From positions 232,846-296,845 of the forward strand of contig JBMOOO010000011.1 of assembly GCA_049324475.1 (NCBI GenBank): DNA of 64,000 nucleotides, written 5' to 3'. Positions within the stretch are counted from its first letter, which is position 1; each line of letters starts with the position of its first letter. Made by a program: the position numbers and the translations under genes. Positions 52,515 to 62,298 of this stretch are shown piece by piece. The DNA comes from Pseudomonadota bacterium (GTDB lineage: Bacteria; Pseudomonadota; Gammaproteobacteria; Pseudomonadales; JADFDG01). The notes under the pieces were generated by a model. The model worked only from the letters and a program-made list of their open reading frames with translations. It searched no databases and was not told where the DNA came from.

Positions 52515-53564
52515 TCACGTACCGGTTTCGTTCCGGTACTCGCCGGGCGTGGTGCCGGTCCAGCGCTTGAAGCAGCGCTGGAAAGAGCGGATCTCGGCGA
52601 AACCCAGGCGGGCGGCAATGTCCGCCTGGGTCAGGCGCGAGTTGCGCAGCAGGTCCATGGCCAGTTCACGGCGCAGCCCGTCCAGCACGTCCTGGTAGGT
52701 GGTGTTCTCGTCCTGCAGCCGGCGCAGCAGCGTACGCGGGTTCATCGCCAGCATGTCGGCAACGATTTCCTTGCGCGGCAGACCTGTTTTCTCGATGCAG
52801 GCGCGGATCGCCTCGCGCACCCGGTGGGTGACCGTCTGCGCCAGTCCGAGTTCGTTCAGGCGTTGTGCCGCGTGTGACTCCAGCACCTTGAGCAGGTCCG
52901 GGTCCGGCTGCCGCAGCCGGTGCATCAGCATGTCCGGGCGCGTCACCAGTGCGTTCACTTTCTGGCGGAAGCGCACCGGGCCGTGGAACACCTCTTCGTA
53001 ACGGGCCACGCTGGCAGCATCCGGGGCATCGTGCTCCAGCATGACGTATTCCGGGCGCAGATCGGCATCGGCCAGCCAGCGGGTGTATTGCACCCAGGAG
53101 GCCAGCACGTTCTCGATCAGGTGACGGCGCACCGGCTGGTTCACGTGCCGGCAGTTCCACACCACGCGCAGCAGCGAGCCGTCCGGCTCCATGTGGGTGG
53201 TGCCCATGTCGCCGACCAGTTTTTCGTAGACGGAAACGCGTGCCAGGGCTTCGCCGATGGTGTTGGAACTCATCGCGATATAGCCCATCACGCTGTAGGA
53301 ACCGGGCTGGACGAACTGCGAGGTGTTCAGGCCGAACAGCGGGTCGCCGGAAGCCGTGACGAGGTGTGTCAGCATGCGTTCGAAGCGGTCGCCGGGAATG
53401 CGGGCCTCGGCGTTGTTGGCGACGGTTTCCTCGATGCCGGCATGGGCGAGTGCCGCGTGCACGTCGACACCGGCAGTGCGGGCGCTGACCAGGTATTGCT
53501 GGAGCGCGGCACCGGAAATGGTGCCGAGGTCCTGATCACCGGTGAGTCCGTTCGATGCCGGCAT
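52515..53564 (-). CDS. AraC-family transcriptional regulator (same architecture as 50859..51923)
   Basis: C-terminal HTH 'RLGFAEIRSFQRCFKRWTGTTPGEYR'. N-terminal 'PLFGLN' region parallels 'PLFGLH' in the other copy. Confidence 0.85.
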   Translation of the reverse strand: MPASNGLTGDQDLGTISGAALQQYLVSARTAGVDVHAALAHAGIEETVANNAEARIPGDRFERMLTHLVTASGDPLFGLNTSQFVQPGSYSVMGYIAMSSNTIGEALARVSVYEKLVGDMGTTHMEPDGSLLRVVWNCRHVNQPVRRHLIENVLASWVQYTRWLADADLRPEYVMLEHDAPDAASVARYEEVFHGPVRFRQKVNALVTRPDMLMHRLRQPDPDLLKVLESHAAQRLNELGLAQTVTHRVREAIRACIEKTGLPRKEIVADMLAMNPRTLLRRLQDENTTYQDVLDGLRRELAMDLLRNSRLTQADIAARLGFAEIRSFQRCFKRWTGTTPGEYRNETGT

Positions 53565-53628
53565 GGTGTGTGGATGCGTACGGGAGATGCCCCGAGTCTA
53601 GCAGCCGCCCGTGAACGGTGCAGGGCGG

Positions 53629-54210
53629 TCACTTCCCGCCCGTGTCCCCGCCGTTGCCGCCTGGCGCCGTCAGCAGGCCGGGATCGTCGGCCAGCAGCTT
53701 TGCCCGCATCTCCTCGATGCGCCGGGCCTTTTCCTCGACCTTGGCAATTTCCTCGGGTGCGATGCCCATGGCCTTGCCCTTTTCGATGTCGGCGCGCAGC
53801 TGCCGGACATATTTTTCCGCTTCGATCACATAGGCGCGCTTGATCTTGCGCTCCTGGCGGGACTCGAACTCGGCGTACTTGTCCGGATCGGCCAGTTCCT
53901 CGGCAGTCGGTTCCTCGCGCGGGGCGTCGCGGCCTATGGGCGGTGTACGCGGGTCGAAGCCGAGCTCGCGCGCACCGCGCAGGGAAGCGACGGCCCCGGG
54001 ATCCAGCGCGATCTCCTCCGGCCCGGCTTCCGGGGCGGCGGTCGCGGTTCCGGCGGGCACCATGCCGGTGACGGCCGCGGCATCGTCGACCACGTCGTCA
54101 TACGGGGGAGGCCCGAGCACGACCGGTTCGGGGGCAGCGGCCGGGCGCAGCAGCAGCCAGACCAGCAGGGCAACGACCACAAGGCCGAGAGCTGCGAACA
54201 GGTACTTCAT
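53629..54210 (-). CDS. hypothetical membrane-anchored protein (Pro/Ala-rich linker plus charged helical C-terminus)
   Basis: N-terminal TM 'LFAALGLVVVALLVWLLL'. Starts 2 nt after the stop of the upstream parvulin gene. GC3-rich codon usage. No motif recognised. Confidence 0.6.
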   Translation of the reverse strand: MKYLFAALGLVVVALLVWLLLRPAAAPEPVVLGPPPYDDVVDDAAAVTGMVPAGTATAAPEAGPEEIALDPGAVASLRGARELGFDPRTPPIGRDAPREEPTAEELADPDKYAEFESRQERKIKRAYVIEAEKYVRQLRADIEKGKAMGIAPEEIAKVEEKARRIEEMRAKLLADDPGLLTAPGGNGGDTGGK

Positions 54211-54212
54211 GT

Positions 54213-55703
54213 TCAGTGTCCGTGTCCGCCGTGGCCGTGACCATGGTCGTGGCCGCGTGACGGCGGCGCCTCGATCTCTGCGCGCGGCTTGTCGTCGTCA
54301 GGGGTATGGCGTGCTTTCAGCAGGGCGCCGTTACGGCGTATGTCGGCCTCGGTGACCAGTTGCCTGCGCAGGGCCGTGTACTGCTGCACGGCTTTTTTCT
54401 TCGCGATTTCCTGGCGGGCGAGATACGCGACGGTTTCGCTGTCGACCGGGCTGTAGCCTTCCACGCGTTCGTCCACCAGCACGATTTCCCAGACGGCATT
54501 GCCCCGGGCATCTTCCGGACTGCGGATCGGCGGTGACATCTGCCCCTTCTGCTGTATCAGCGCCACCTGGTGCAGCCAGGGCAGTTCCTGGACGTGCTGC
54601 TTCGGTTCGCGCAGTACCCAGCCCAGCGACCCGGCCGGGGTGGCGTTGCGATCTTCGGCGGTGGAGAATTTTTTCGCGGCCGCGCTGAATTCCATGCCGT
54701 TCTTGATGGCCGCCGCCGCTGCATTGCAGTCGTTTTCGGTGGCACAGCGGATGTGGCGGGCCTTCACTTTTTCCACCTGCCGGAACTGCTCCCGGTTCTT
54801 GCCGTACCAGGCATGGATCTCGTCGCGGGTCACCGTCTTCTGGAGTCTGGCCAGGTGCGGCGTGGTGTCCTCATGCAGGGTGCTGACCACGCCCAGCATC
54901 AGCACATAGTTCTCGCGCAGCTGCTTTTCTTCCAGCAGTGTTTTCAGCGCCGTGATTTCCGCGGCCGACAAACCGGACTGCTTTTCCGCCCACCAGCCCA
55001 CGAACAGCGACTCGACCCGGCTCAGCACCAGGTTGTCCAGGTATTTCAGGTCGCGATCCTGTATCACACGCACCCGGCCCTGGACGTTCATGCGCACGTA
55101 CACGTCCTCGAAGGTGATGTCGCGAGGCGTGCCGTCCGGCAGTTTCATTCCGGCAATCACGGTGGCCGCTGCCAGTTTCCGTTGCTCCGGCGTCAGGCGG
55201 ACCTCGCCCCGGTCGCGCAGGGTGGTGAGTTCCTTCAGGCCGGTGTGGTCGGCGGGAATGCGCCAGACCAGGAGATCATCGAGGCCACGGCGCTGTTTCA
55301 CGTAGCCGTCTATCTGCCGGAAAAAATACAGTTTCACCAGCGAGTTGAACTGCTCTTCCAGCACCATCTGCGGTGTGAAGCCGACCTTGTCGGCTGCCTG
55401 CAGGGCCTCGCGCCCGACATCGCGGACGCCCTGCGCCGCGATCAGCTGGTTCTCGACGAGGCTGTCCAGCATCTGTGCCCAGGTGGCATCTTTCCGGCTC
55501 TGTTGCGCAGCCATCAGCATCATGTCCACGACCCGGACCGGATAGGCGCGCTCGTTCACGGTCATGGCCAGTGCAGGATCGGCCAGCGTGTCAACGGTTT
55601 TGGCCGGTACGCTGCCGGCGGCAGCAAGGGCGACAGCCAGGAAGGCACAACGCGAAACGGAAGGGAACCGCGGGAGGAGCGACAGGATATCTGTCATGAA
55701 CAT
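54213..55703 (-). CDS. secreted SurA/PpiD-like parvulin-type peptidyl-prolyl isomerase with His/Gly-rich C-terminal tail
   Basis: ATG 55703 or 55697. Signal-like 'CAFLAVALAAAGSVPA'. Parvulin core 'VKARHIRC..GMEFSAAAKKFS..AGSLGWV'. Tail 'RGHDHGHGHGGHGH'. Confidence 0.75.
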   Translation of the reverse strand: MFMTDILSLLPRFPSVSRCAFLAVALAAAGSVPAKTVDTLADPALAMTVNERAYPVRVVDMMLMAAQQSRKDATWAQMLDSLVENQLIAAQGVRDVGREALQAADKVGFTPQMVLEEQFNSLVKLYFFRQIDGYVKQRRGLDDLLVWRIPADHTGLKELTTLRDRGEVRLTPEQRKLAAATVIAGMKLPDGTPRDITFEDVYVRMNVQGRVRVIQDRDLKYLDNLVLSRVESLFVGWWAEKQSGLSAAEITALKTLLEEKQLRENYVLMLGVVSTLHEDTTPHLARLQKTVTRDEIHAWYGKNREQFRQVEKVKARHIRCATENDCNAAAAAIKNGMEFSAAAKKFSTAEDRNATPAGSLGWVLREPKQHVQELPWLHQVALIQQKGQMSPPIRSPEDARGNAVWEIVLVDERVEGYSPVDSETVAYLARQEIAKKKAVQQYTALRRQLVTEADIRRNGALLKARHTPDDDKPRAEIEAPPSRGHDHGHGHGGHGH

Positions 55704-55777
55704 CACCGTTTTCCTGTGGTTTGTTCTTGTTCTCGGCCGATGGCGTGATTCTAGCGCGACCGGCATGTTTTCCGGGC

Positions 55778-55808
55778 AAAAAAAAGCCGGCGGGATGTGC
55801 CCGCCGGC
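55778..55808 (-). terminator. rho-independent terminator after PLC-like paralogue 1
   Basis: The minus strand reads GCCGGCGGG-cacat-CCCGCCGGC followed by TTTTTTTT. Confidence 0.8.
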
Positions 55809-55843
55809 TGTCAGTTTTCCGCGGCCCTGCGGCCGCGGACGTC

Positions 55844-56860
55844 TCAGAAGCGGTTGGCCGCGTGGTTGAGCACGTGCACCACCATGGCGATCGCATGCGG
55901 GATGACCTTGCGGCCCACCACGACACGGTCGCCGTGTGCCGTCGAGGACAGCACGATGCCGCCGTTGGCATAGGAGTAGCTGCCACCCTGGGTCAGCAGC
56001 GGGCGGATTTCCGTGGTGCTGGTGGCGACCGGCGTGAAATCGGCCAGCGCGGTGGTGACCAGTGCGGAATTGTTCAGGCCTTCGCTGTAGTAGTAGTCAT
56101 TGACCCAGCTTTCCCAGCCGCTGTGGTTCAGTGCGGACGTGGTCCAGGTGTGGTGCGGCTGCAGCAGGTCGGTGGTGTGCAGCACGAAGCCGAGGGTCTG
56201 GAAGGTCGGTGCCTGCTGGAATTTCGAGTACCAGTACTGGCCGAGGTTGTCGATCGGCTGGAACGGCATCTCCTCGAAATCGTCGTACATGGCTTTCGTC
56301 GACGTCGAACCCTGGCGGTAGTTCGCTTCGGTGATGCCGTAGGTGTTGTACTTGGTGTTGTCGCCGAACCAGCCCTTCATGCCGGACTTGCCGTCGTCCA
56401 TGTAATCGCCGACCAGCCAGGTGGCGGCCATGTTGTCGATGTCGCCCCACACGGTCAGCAGGTCGTAGTTGTAGCCGCCCTTGTCGTTGCCGTGTGCGTC
56501 GGCGCCGCGGGTGTGCTGCTGGAAGTGGAAATAGGAGGTGTATTTCACGATGCCGGAGCCCAGGCCCCAGACCGGTGCGGTCTGGCAGTCGCCGGTGGTG
56601 GCGCCGCAGAAATAGGTGTCCATGAAATCGTCGACGTCGTAGGCGCCCTGGCCCAGCACCTGCGCCATCTGGTCGACCGTGTAGCCGGCGGCGGCAGCAG
56701 CGGCGGCCAGCTTGTTGTAGTTGGTCGTGCCCGGATTCGCCTTCATGTAGTTCACGGCATCGATCACGATGCGCTTGTGCGTTTCCTGGGTGAAGGCGGC
56801 GGCGTCGGTGGCGGCAAGGGCGATACCGGCGGCGAGGAGGGCGGTCGCGTAGCGGATCAT
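55844..56860 (-). CDS. secreted zinc phospholipase C / P1-nuclease superfamily protein (paralogue 1)
   Basis: Signal 'MIRYATALLAAGIALAATDAAA', then mature 'FTQETHKRIVIDAV'. 'LHTTDLLQPHH' resembles the 'H..GD..QP.H' zinc motif of B. cereus PLC and P1 nuclease. Confidence 0.6.
   Translation of the reverse strand: MIRYATALLAAGIALAATDAAAFTQETHKRIVIDAVNYMKANPGTTNYNKLAAAAAAAGYTVDQMAQVLGQGAYDVDDFMDTYFCGATTGDCQTAPVWGLGSGIVKYTSYFHFQQHTRGADAHGNDKGGYNYDLLTVWGDIDNMAATWLVGDYMDDGKSGMKGWFGDNTKYNTYGITEANYRQGSTSTKAMYDDFEEMPFQPIDNLGQYWYSKFQQAPTFQTLGFVLHTTDLLQPHHTWTTSALNHSGWESWVNDYYYSEGLNNSALVTTALADFTPVATSTTEIRPLLTQGGSYSYANGGIVLSSTAHGDRVVVGRKVIPHAIAMVVHVLNHAANRF
56143..56266. repeat. 124-nt tract 123/124 identical to 57417..57540 within the two PLC-like paralogues
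   Basis: Direct comparison of the two gene copies shows a single mismatch (56164 G versus 57438 C). Flanking gene sequence is visibly more diverged. Confidence 0.85.
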
Positions 56861-57082
56861 GGTCGATTCTCCGTGTGCTGTTCTTCTTGTCCTTCCGGAG
56901 CCCGTTCGGATTCGCGCGGGGGTTCCCGAAAGCGTGGGCGCAGTCTACGAACCGTTCCGGTACGCCAGTACGGCACGCGGGGACAGCCAATGGGCATCCC
57001 GTGACACACGGATGACCGGTCGGTCCCGAAAAGGAATGTTCGTTTTCGCGCCTGACCGGGGCACAGGGAGCGCCGGAGAAAG

Positions 57083-57106
57083 CCCCCGGGGCATGCGCCC
57101 CGGGGG
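57083..57106 (-). terminator. possible terminator hairpin after PLC-like paralogue 2
   Basis: CCCCCGGGG-catgcg-CCCCGGGGG. On the minus strand it is followed only by CTTTCT, a weak U-tract. Confidence 0.35.
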
Positions 57107-57117
57107 GACGGACCGGA

Positions 57118-58134
57118 TCAGAGGCGATTGGCCGCGTGATTCAGTACGTGAACCGCCATGGCGATGGCATGCGGGACCATCAGTTTTGCCACCCGTACGC
57201 GTTCGGCATGGTCGGTGGTGTTCAGGACACTGCCGCCGTACGCGTAGGAATAGGCACCGCCCTGGGTCAGCAGTGGCCGGATATCGGTGCTGGTGGTGGG
57301 GACCGGGGTGAAGTCACGCAGGGCGTTGGCCACCAGGGTCGGGTTGTTCAGGCCGGCGCTGTAGTAGTAGTCATTGACCCAGCCCTCCCAGCCGCTGTGG
57401 TTCAGGGCCAGGGTGTTCCAGGTGTGGTGCGGCTGCACCAGGTCGGTGGTGTGCAGCACGAAGCCGAGGGTCTGGAAGGTCGGTGCCTGCTGGAATTTCG
57501 AGTACCAGTACTGGCCGAGGTTGTCGATCGGCTGGAACGGGAAGTCCTCGTAGTCGTCGTACATGGACTTCGACGAGTAGGAGCCCTGGCGGTAATTGGC
57601 CTCGGTGATGCCGTAGGTGTTGTAGACAGTGTCATCGCCGAACCAGCCTTTCATGCCGGACTTGCCGTCGTCCATGTAGTCGCCGTACAGCCAGGATTCC
57701 GCCAGATCATCGATATCGCCGGATACCGCCAGCTTCGACGGGTCGTAACCACCGCGGTCATTGCCGTGCACGTCGGCGCCGCGCACGTGGCTCTGGAAGT
57801 GCCAGAAAGACGTGTATTTCGCGATATCCGTGCCCAGGCCCCACAGCGGCGCGTGCACGCAGTCGCCGGTCACGGCGCCGCACAGGTACGTGTCCTGGAA
57901 GTCGTCGACGTCGTAGGCGCCCTGGCCGAGGATCTGCGCCATCTGTTCGACGGTGTAGCCGGCGCGCGTCGCGGCGGCTGCCAGCTTGCTGTAGTTGGTG
58001 GTCGACGGATTCGCCTTCATGTAGTTGACCGCGTCGATGGCGATGCGGCGGTGCGTTTCCTGCGACCAGGCGGAGGCCTGGGTCGATGCCAGCGTGGCGC
58101 CGGCCAGGGTCAGTGCGATCAGTGCGTGCTTCAT
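57118..58134 (-). CDS. secreted zinc phospholipase C / P1-nuclease superfamily protein (paralogue 2)
   Basis: ATG 58134 follows GGGGAGA. Signal 'MKHALIALTLAGATLASTQASA', then mature 'WSQETHRRIAIDAV' (N-terminal Trp as in zinc PLCs). 'LHTTDLVQPHH'. Same 338-aa length as paralogue 1. Confidence 0.6.
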   Translation of the reverse strand: MKHALIALTLAGATLASTQASAWSQETHRRIAIDAVNYMKANPSTTNYSKLAAAATRAGYTVEQMAQILGQGAYDVDDFQDTYLCGAVTGDCVHAPLWGLGTDIAKYTSFWHFQSHVRGADVHGNDRGGYDPSKLAVSGDIDDLAESWLYGDYMDDGKSGMKGWFGDDTVYNTYGITEANYRQGSYSSKSMYDDYEDFPFQPIDNLGQYWYSKFQQAPTFQTLGFVLHTTDLVQPHHTWNTLALNHSGWEGWVNDYYYSAGLNNPTLVANALRDFTPVPTTSTDIRPLLTQGGAYSYAYGGSVLNTTDHAERVRVAKLMVPHAIAMAVHVLNHAANRL

Positions 58135-58339
58135 GAAGTCCGTCTCCCCGATTGTTGTTGTGCGGGCGGCGGGCGCCGTATCCCGGTGGCCGGCATTCTC
58201 CCGGGGCAGGCGGGGGTGGTCTTGCCGTGACCTGCCCGTCATCGGTGTATACGAAGACAAGGCCGCCGTGGACCCGGCCCGGGCCGGGGGGACGGTGCCG
58301 GGGTGTCCGGAACGCTCTGTTGCAGGCCATTTCCGGCCC

Positions 58340-58367
58340 TTGGCAGCGGGGGCCGTTCCAGTACAAT
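58340..58367 (+). promoter_or_regulatory. candidate sigma70 promoter for pntAA
   Basis: TTGGCA (58340-58345), 16-nt spacer, TACAAT (58362-58367), about 115 nt upstream of the pntAA ATG. Confidence 0.35.
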
Positions 58368-58482
58368 CCGCCGGCTTCTTTTGGTGTCCCGGCTATTTGG
58401 GGGCCCCTTTCCGAGGGTGCCCGGGGTTGCGCATGTCCGCGCCGCCCGGGCTGTTTCTGACAACATCTGGTGAGAGCTGACC

Positions 58483-59616
<1,134 letters not shown>

Positions 59617-59630
59617 GCAGGAGAGCAGAG

Positions 59631-59975
59631 ATGAACGAGACCCTTGCGACGCTCGAAGCGTCCCTGCACGCGAGCAGCGTGCCCTTCGTATCCGTCTTCA
59701 CCGTGTTCGTGCTGGCGATCTTTGTCGGCTACTACGTGGTGTGGAGCGTGACCCCGGCCCTGCATACCCCGCTGATGGCCGTCACCAACGCGCTGTCCGG
59801 CATCATCATCGTCGGCGCCATGCTGCAGGTGGTGCCGGTCGGTGGCGAGGAAATCACCGCGACCAGCATCCTGGGCGCCGTTGCCGTACTGCTTGCGAGC
59901 ATCAACATCTTCGGTGGCTTTGCCGTCACCGATCGCATGTTGGACATGTTCAAAGGCAAGAAGAAGAAGCAGTAA
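59631..59975 (+). CDS. pntAB: NAD(P) transhydrogenase subunit alpha, part 2 (membrane)
   Basis: 114 aa with three to four TM helices. '[17 protein letters not shown]'. Confidence 0.9.
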   Translation: MNETLATLEASLHASSVPFVSVFTVFVLAIFVGYYVVWSVTPALHTPLMAVTNALSGIIIVGAMLQVVPVGGEEITATSILGAVAVLLASINIFGGFAVTDRMLDMFKGKKKKQ

Positions 59976-59987
59976 GGAGCAGCGACC

Positions 59988-61400
59988 GTGGAAAACCTTG
60001 CTCAATATGGTGACTGGGCGTACCTGATCGGTGCTGTCCTCTTCATCCTGACCCTGCGTGGCCTGTCCTCGCCGACTTCTGCGGTAATGGGTAACCGTTA
60101 CGGCATGATCGGCATGACGCTGGCCGTGATCACGACGTTCTTCGTGGCCAGCAGCCCGAACGTGGCGCTGATCATCTCGGCGATGATCGTTGGCGCCGGC
60201 ATCGGTATCTACCGGGCGAAAACGGTCCCGATGACGCAGATGCCGGAAACGGTGGCGCTGATGCACTCGCTGGTGGGTCTGGCCGCCGTGCTGATCGCGG
60301 TGGCTGCCGTGCTGCACGCCGATGCCGATGCCTTCTACAAGGCCATGCACGGCAACACCCTGAGCCGCTTCGAGCTGTTCGTGGGCTGCTTCGTCGGCGC
60401 CATCACCTTCACAGCCTCCGTGATTGCCTGGGGCAAGCTGTCGGCCAAGCTGGCCGCCAAGCCGCTCAAGGGTGTGTGGGTGAAACCGGTACAGGCCGCG
60501 CTGTTCCTGGCGATGCTGGGCTTCGGCGCGCACTACTTCATCACCGACAGCCTCAGTTCGTTCTTCGTCATGACCGGCATTGCGCTGGTGTTCGGCTACT
60601 TCTGGATTGCACCGATCGGCGGTGGTGACATGCCGGTGGTGGTGTCGCTGCTCAACTCGCTGTCCGGCTGGGCGGCGGCAGGCATCGGCTTCACGCTGGG
60701 CAACTCGATGCTGATCATCGCCGGCTCGCTGGTGGGTTCGTCGGGTGCCATCCTTTCCTACATCATGTGCAAGGCGATGAACCGCTCGCTGCTGAACGTG
60801 CTGTTCGGCGGTTTCGGCGCCGATGCCGGCGCGGCGGCGGATGCCGGCGACGGCAAGGAAAGGAACTACAAGTCCGGTTCGCCGGACGACGCGGCCTTCC
60901 TGATGACCCACGCCGACAGCGTGGTCATTGTGCCGGGCTACGGTCTGGCCCAGGCGCGTGCCCAGAACGCCGTGAAGGAACTGGCCAACGCGCTGAAAGA
61001 GAAGGGCGTGACCGTCCGCTACGCGATCCATCCGGTCGCTGGCCGTATGCCGGGCCACATGAACGTGCTGCTGGCCGAAGCCGACGTCCCGTACGAGGAC
61101 GTGAAGGAGATGGACGAGATCAACAGCGATTTTCCGTCGACCGACGTGGTGCTGGTGATCGGTGCCAACGACGTCGTCAACCCGGCCGCCAAGGACAACC
61201 CGGGTTCGCCGATCTACGGCATGCCGATCCTGGAAGCGCACCGCGCACGCACGGTCATGGTGATCAAGCGTTCGATGGCCACCGGTTATGCCGGTCTGGA
61301 CAACGACCTGTTCTACCTCGACCGGACCATGATGGTGTTCGGCGATGCGAAGAAAGTGCTTGAGGATATGGTGAAAGCCGTCACCGGCGGCGGTCACTGA
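59988..61400 (+). CDS. pntB: NAD(P) transhydrogenase subunit beta
   Basis: GTG start follows AAGGAG. TM N-terminal half. dIII motifs 'VPGYGLAQARAQ', 'AIHPVAGRMPGHMNVLLAEA' and 'GANDVVNPAA'. Confidence 0.93.
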   Translation: MENLAQYGDWAYLIGAVLFILTLRGLSSPTSAVMGNRYGMIGMTLAVITTFFVASSPNVALIISAMIVGAGIGIYRAKTVPMTQMPETVALMHSLVGLAAVLIAVAAVLHADADAFYKAMHGNTLSRFELFVGCFVGAITFTASVIAWGKLSAKLAAKPLKGVWVKPVQAALFLAMLGFGAHYFITDSLSSFFVMTGIALVFGYFWIAPIGGGDMPVVVSLLNSLSGWAAAGIGFTLGNSMLIIAGSLVGSSGAILSYIMCKAMNRSLLNVLFGGFGADAGAAADAGDGKERNYKSGSPDDAAFLMTHADSVVIVPGYGLAQARAQNAVKELANALKEKGVTVRYAIHPVAGRMPGHMNVLLAEADVPYEDVKEMDEINSDFPSTDVVLVIGANDVVNPAAKDNPGSPIYGMPILEAHRARTVMVIKRSMATGYAGLDNDLFYLDRTMMVFGDAKKVLEDMVKAVTGGGH

Positions 61401-61415
61401 TTGTCGTGAAGCAGG

Positions 61416-61442
61416 AAAAAGCCGCGCCCTGCGCGGCTTTTT
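61416..61442 (+). terminator. rho-independent terminator after pntB
   Basis: AAAAAGCCGCGC-cct-GCGCGGCTTTTT. Confidence 0.85.
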
Positions 61443-61479
61443 CATTTCTGCCGGCAGGCGAAAGCATGGGGGATTCCAT

Positions 61480-61839
61480 ATGGGCGATTCCGTAGTCCAG
61501 CGCATGCTGCATGACAGCGCGCGGCGCCGCAGCGTGCTGGAATTCCGCGACGGCTCCTGCCTGGCCATCGGTGCCGGCCTGGTGAGCTACGGGCGCGATG
61601 CCGCTGCCTTTGATGATCCGCTGGGCAATGGCGTGCGTGCCGCCTTCGAGATTCCGGCCGCGCTCGCGCCGCAATGGCAGGACGGCAGCGGCCATGTGCA
61701 GGAGCTGTCGGGCGGCGCCGTGCTGCTGCATGGCGGCAGTGTCGTCCTCATCAAGCCGTATTCGATCGAACTGTATGCGTCCGGCATGGACGCGCTGCAT
61801 GGCCGCGATTGCCGCGGCCGCATGGATCTGCCGCTGTAG
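61480..61839 (+). CDS. hypothetical protein (119 aa)
   Basis: Codon usage matches the window (CTG/GCC/GGC, high GC3). No motif recognised. Lies between the pntB terminator and a convergent gene. Confidence 0.45.
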   Translation: MGDSVVQRMLHDSARRRSVLEFRDGSCLAIGAGLVSYGRDAAAFDDPLGNGVRAAFEIPAALAPQWQDGSGHVQELSGGAVLLHGGSVVLIKPYSIELYASGMDALHGRDCRGRMDLPL

Positions 61840-61894
61840 GGGCGACGTCAGGCGCGATGTGCTTTGCAAGGGCGCCTTCCGGCACCCTGCGTTG

Positions 61895-62260
61895 TCAGAA
61901 TTGTCCGCTGCGCAGCAAGACCAGCGTGCAGGCTTCTTCCCAGGGAATGCCGGCGTCGGTGAGCGCCTGCTGCAGCGCCGGTGTTTCCGTACCTGGATTG
62001 AAAATCACTCGCCCGGGATGCAGTTTCACGATCTGCTCCGTCATGGGCCCCAGCCGTTTCGGTGACAGGTACAGTGTCAGCGTGTCGACCGGCCCGGTGA
62101 CATCGGAGACGGATTTCAGGGCCGGGATGCCTTCCACGTCCGTGTAGACCGGGCTGACCGGCACCACCCGGTGGCCGTGTGCGGCGAGCAACCGCTGGGC
62201 CTTGTTGCTGTAGCGTTCGGCATCGGGACTGGCACCCAGCACCACGACGGTTTCCGTCAT
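61895..62260 (-). CDS. CoA-binding domain protein (YccU-like)
   Basis: 'VVVLGASPDAERYSNKA..LLAHGHRVVPVSP' and 'VIFNPGTE'. Confidence 0.8.
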   Translation of the reverse strand: MTETVVVLGASPDAERYSNKAQRLLAAHGHRVVPVSPVYTDVEGIPALKSVSDVTGPVDTLTLYLSPKRLGPMTEQIVKLHPGRVIFNPGTETPALQQALTDAGIPWEEACTLVLLRSGQF

Positions 62261-62298
62261 CGGTTATCCTCCGGCAAGGCAGACATTGCACATGAAGG

